Shown piece after piece: positions 25,728 to 26,996 of a stretch of 26,996 nt of DNA; position 1 is the first letter of the stretch; the number at the start of each line of letters is the position of its first letter. The DNA comes from Candidatus Bipolaricaulia bacterium (GTDB taxonomy: Bacteria; Bipolaricaulota; Bipolaricaulia; RBG-16-55-9). The stretch lies in the NCBI GenBank assembly GCA_042219045.1, contig JBDGQO010000020.1, positions 1 to 26,996 on the forward strand, given 5' to 3'. The notes under the pieces are model-generated. The model saw only the letters and a list, made by a program, of their open reading frames with translations, was not told the DNA's origin and made no database searches. The position numbers and the translations under genes were made by a program.

Positions 25728-25756
25728 TTGACAACCATCCGTATATATGATATAAG
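25728..25756 (+). promoter_or_regulatory. Promoter of the riboswitch transcript
   Basis: TTGACA-N17-TATAAG with TG extension; predicted start ~25763, right at the aptamer. Confidence 0.75.
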
Positions 25757-25764
25757 CTTACCAG

Positions 25765-25856
25765 CATCCGAAAGGGCAAACCTTCCGAAAGGGAGGGACG
25801 CAAAGCCACGGGCCCGTTGGGCAACGAGCCCAGGGCAGCCGGGTTGCCGAAGATGG
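25765..25856 (+). ncRNA. c-di-GMP-I (GEMM-I) riboswitch aptamer
   Basis: GGGCAAACC-stem-GAAA tetraloop-GGGACGCAAAGCCACGGG...CAGCCGGGTTGCCGA, P1 CATC/GATG. The G at the Vc2 G20-equivalent position favours c-di-GMP over 3',3'-cGAMP. Confidence 0.9.
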
Positions 25857-26037
25857 AGACGAGCGCACTCGACATGCCAGATCCCACCTCTGCAGTTCCC
25901 TGTACTGAGGGTCGCTTCGCGCAGCAGGCGGCTGTTCGGCCCCCATCCGAGCTACCAACGCCGTTGACGACATCCGCGTCAGACGATCATGCCCTTTGTG
26001 GGGAGCACGGGAAGAACCATCGTGCCACGGGTTTTCA

Positions 26038-26220
26038 GACCTCCTTCCCGTGGCGTGCGAGCCAGCAGGAACTGGGGAGACCGCGACCCGTGTGGGCCTT
26101 TGATCGACGAGGTGGACGGTTCAAGCGCCTGATCGGTTGTCGGTTCGCCCACTCAGCCAACTCTCCCAGAGTTTTACCGCGGATCTGCCTTCCTGCCGCG
26201 GGTTTTTGCTCAGGAGGGTC
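26038..26220 (+). ncRNA. Candidate ~180-nt rod-like structured RNA / riboswitch expression platform
   Basis: Nested pairings: 26038-45/26212-20 (one bulge), 26047-54/26195-202, 26072-80/26162-69 (one bulge), 26092-97/26147-52, 26102-10/26137-45. The G-U pairs work only on +. Folded by eye. Confidence 0.4.
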
Positions 26221-26469
26221 ACGGACAACGGGTCAGGCGCGCCACCTCCAGTCCATTCTAGGGACAGGCAACCGTGCGAGGACTCACCGACTGAGGGGGA
26301 AGGGGACTGTGACAAGGGGCCGTGGGCGTCGGGCACGCTCAGCTTGGGCAGAAGCCCGCACGTCCACGGCTTCCGGTCACGTCCTCGCTGACGGCGTTTC
26401 TCCGAATCCGTGCTTTAAGGCCGTTGTCATCCGTGATGGCTTGGCAACTCACGAAGGCGCAACCGCAAT

Positions 26470-26996
26470 TCAGCTGTGCTGATTGGTGTCTCGATGCAAC
26501 GCAATGCTCGCCACCGTCCAGTCCGGCTTCTCCTTGACCGCGTGCAGTGACGCCGGATAGACCGTAAACTCGCCCCACGCGTCGTTCACCCGGTCCATCG
26601 CCGCGAGCACGCGCTCGCGCTTGCGGTCGGCGTTGAACAGCTGGATCGGCAGGTCTTTCCGCGTCGTGAGCTGACCGACCGAGACCGCGATCCCGTTCAG
26701 CTCCGGCGGCATCTTTTCATCCCGCTCAAGGCCCTGGGCAACCCCCTCGCAGGCCTCGAAGATCCGGTCCTCATCGGCCGTCGGCGTCGCCAGCGTCGTC
26801 TGCCGCCCGGCGCCGATCCCCAACGGACTCCGCACGTAGAAATGGACCACGCGGCCGGCGTAGCCCAGGTTTCGCAGTCGCCGCCCCACCTTGGCGCACA
26901 GCAGCCGCAGCGTCTCCGTCGCGCCGGCGTAGTCGGGATACGGCCAGGTCAGCACGCGCGAGTGGCCCACGCTCCGGCGCGGCCTTGCCGTCCCGG
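26470..26996 (-). CDS. Y-family DNA polymerase (DinB/UmuC-like), C-terminal part, 5' end outside window
   Basis: Frame open to the edge; RSVGHSRVL, KVGRRLR little-finger (IMS_C) pattern, QLF clamp-like motif, AMDRVNDAWG tail. Confidence 0.85.
   Translation of the reverse strand, partial: GTARPRRSVGHSRVLTWPYPDYAGATETLRLLCAKVGRRLRNLGYAGRVVHFYVRSPLGIGAGRQTTLATPTADEDRIFEACEGVAQGLERDEKMPPELNGIAVSVGQLTTRKDLPIQLFNADRKRERVLAAMDRVNDAWGEFTVYPASLHAVKEKPDWTVASIALHRDTNQHS

Noticed and set aside
25441..25738. Short ORFs between tRNA-Asp and the riboswitch promoter
   Set aside because: No RBS, no protein-like composition; they overlap promoter elements.
25817..26482. 221-aa ORF through and after the riboswitch
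   Set aside because: Low GC3, no domain, starts inside the aptamer, no well-spaced RBS; kept only as an alternative in the riboswitch finding.

Overview
A 27-kb GC-rich bacterial core-chromosome window. The acidic proteins suggest a halophile, and the style of the secreted proteins suggests Candidatus Bipolaricaulota/Acetothermia (inference, not a database result). The + strand carries an RsuA-family pseudouridine synthase (5' truncated), a geranylgeranyl-reductase-family flavoprotein, an O-antigen-ligase/TPR membrane protein and secA. The - strand carries a three-gene operon of secreted PKD proteins, a stand-alone rplM, purA, birA, type-2 ileS, purB, ribD, a Crp/Fnr regulator (divergent from a small cNMP-domain gene), a short dnaA, tRNA-Phe, tRNA-Asp and the 3' end of a Y-family polymerase. 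A c-di-GMP-I riboswitch with a strong promoter lies on + near the right end. Most interesting: (1) the secreted operon shares a cohesin-like Ig module (4 copies) and a dockerin-like twin-helix module (3 copies), a candidate self-assembling surface scaffold with a vWA tip; (2) the riboswitch has no credible CDS and is followed by a ~180-nt rod-like RNA with competing helices; (3) DnaA lacks domains I-II yet has its own promoter and RBS. All folds, structures and promoters were read by eye and need computational confirmation.
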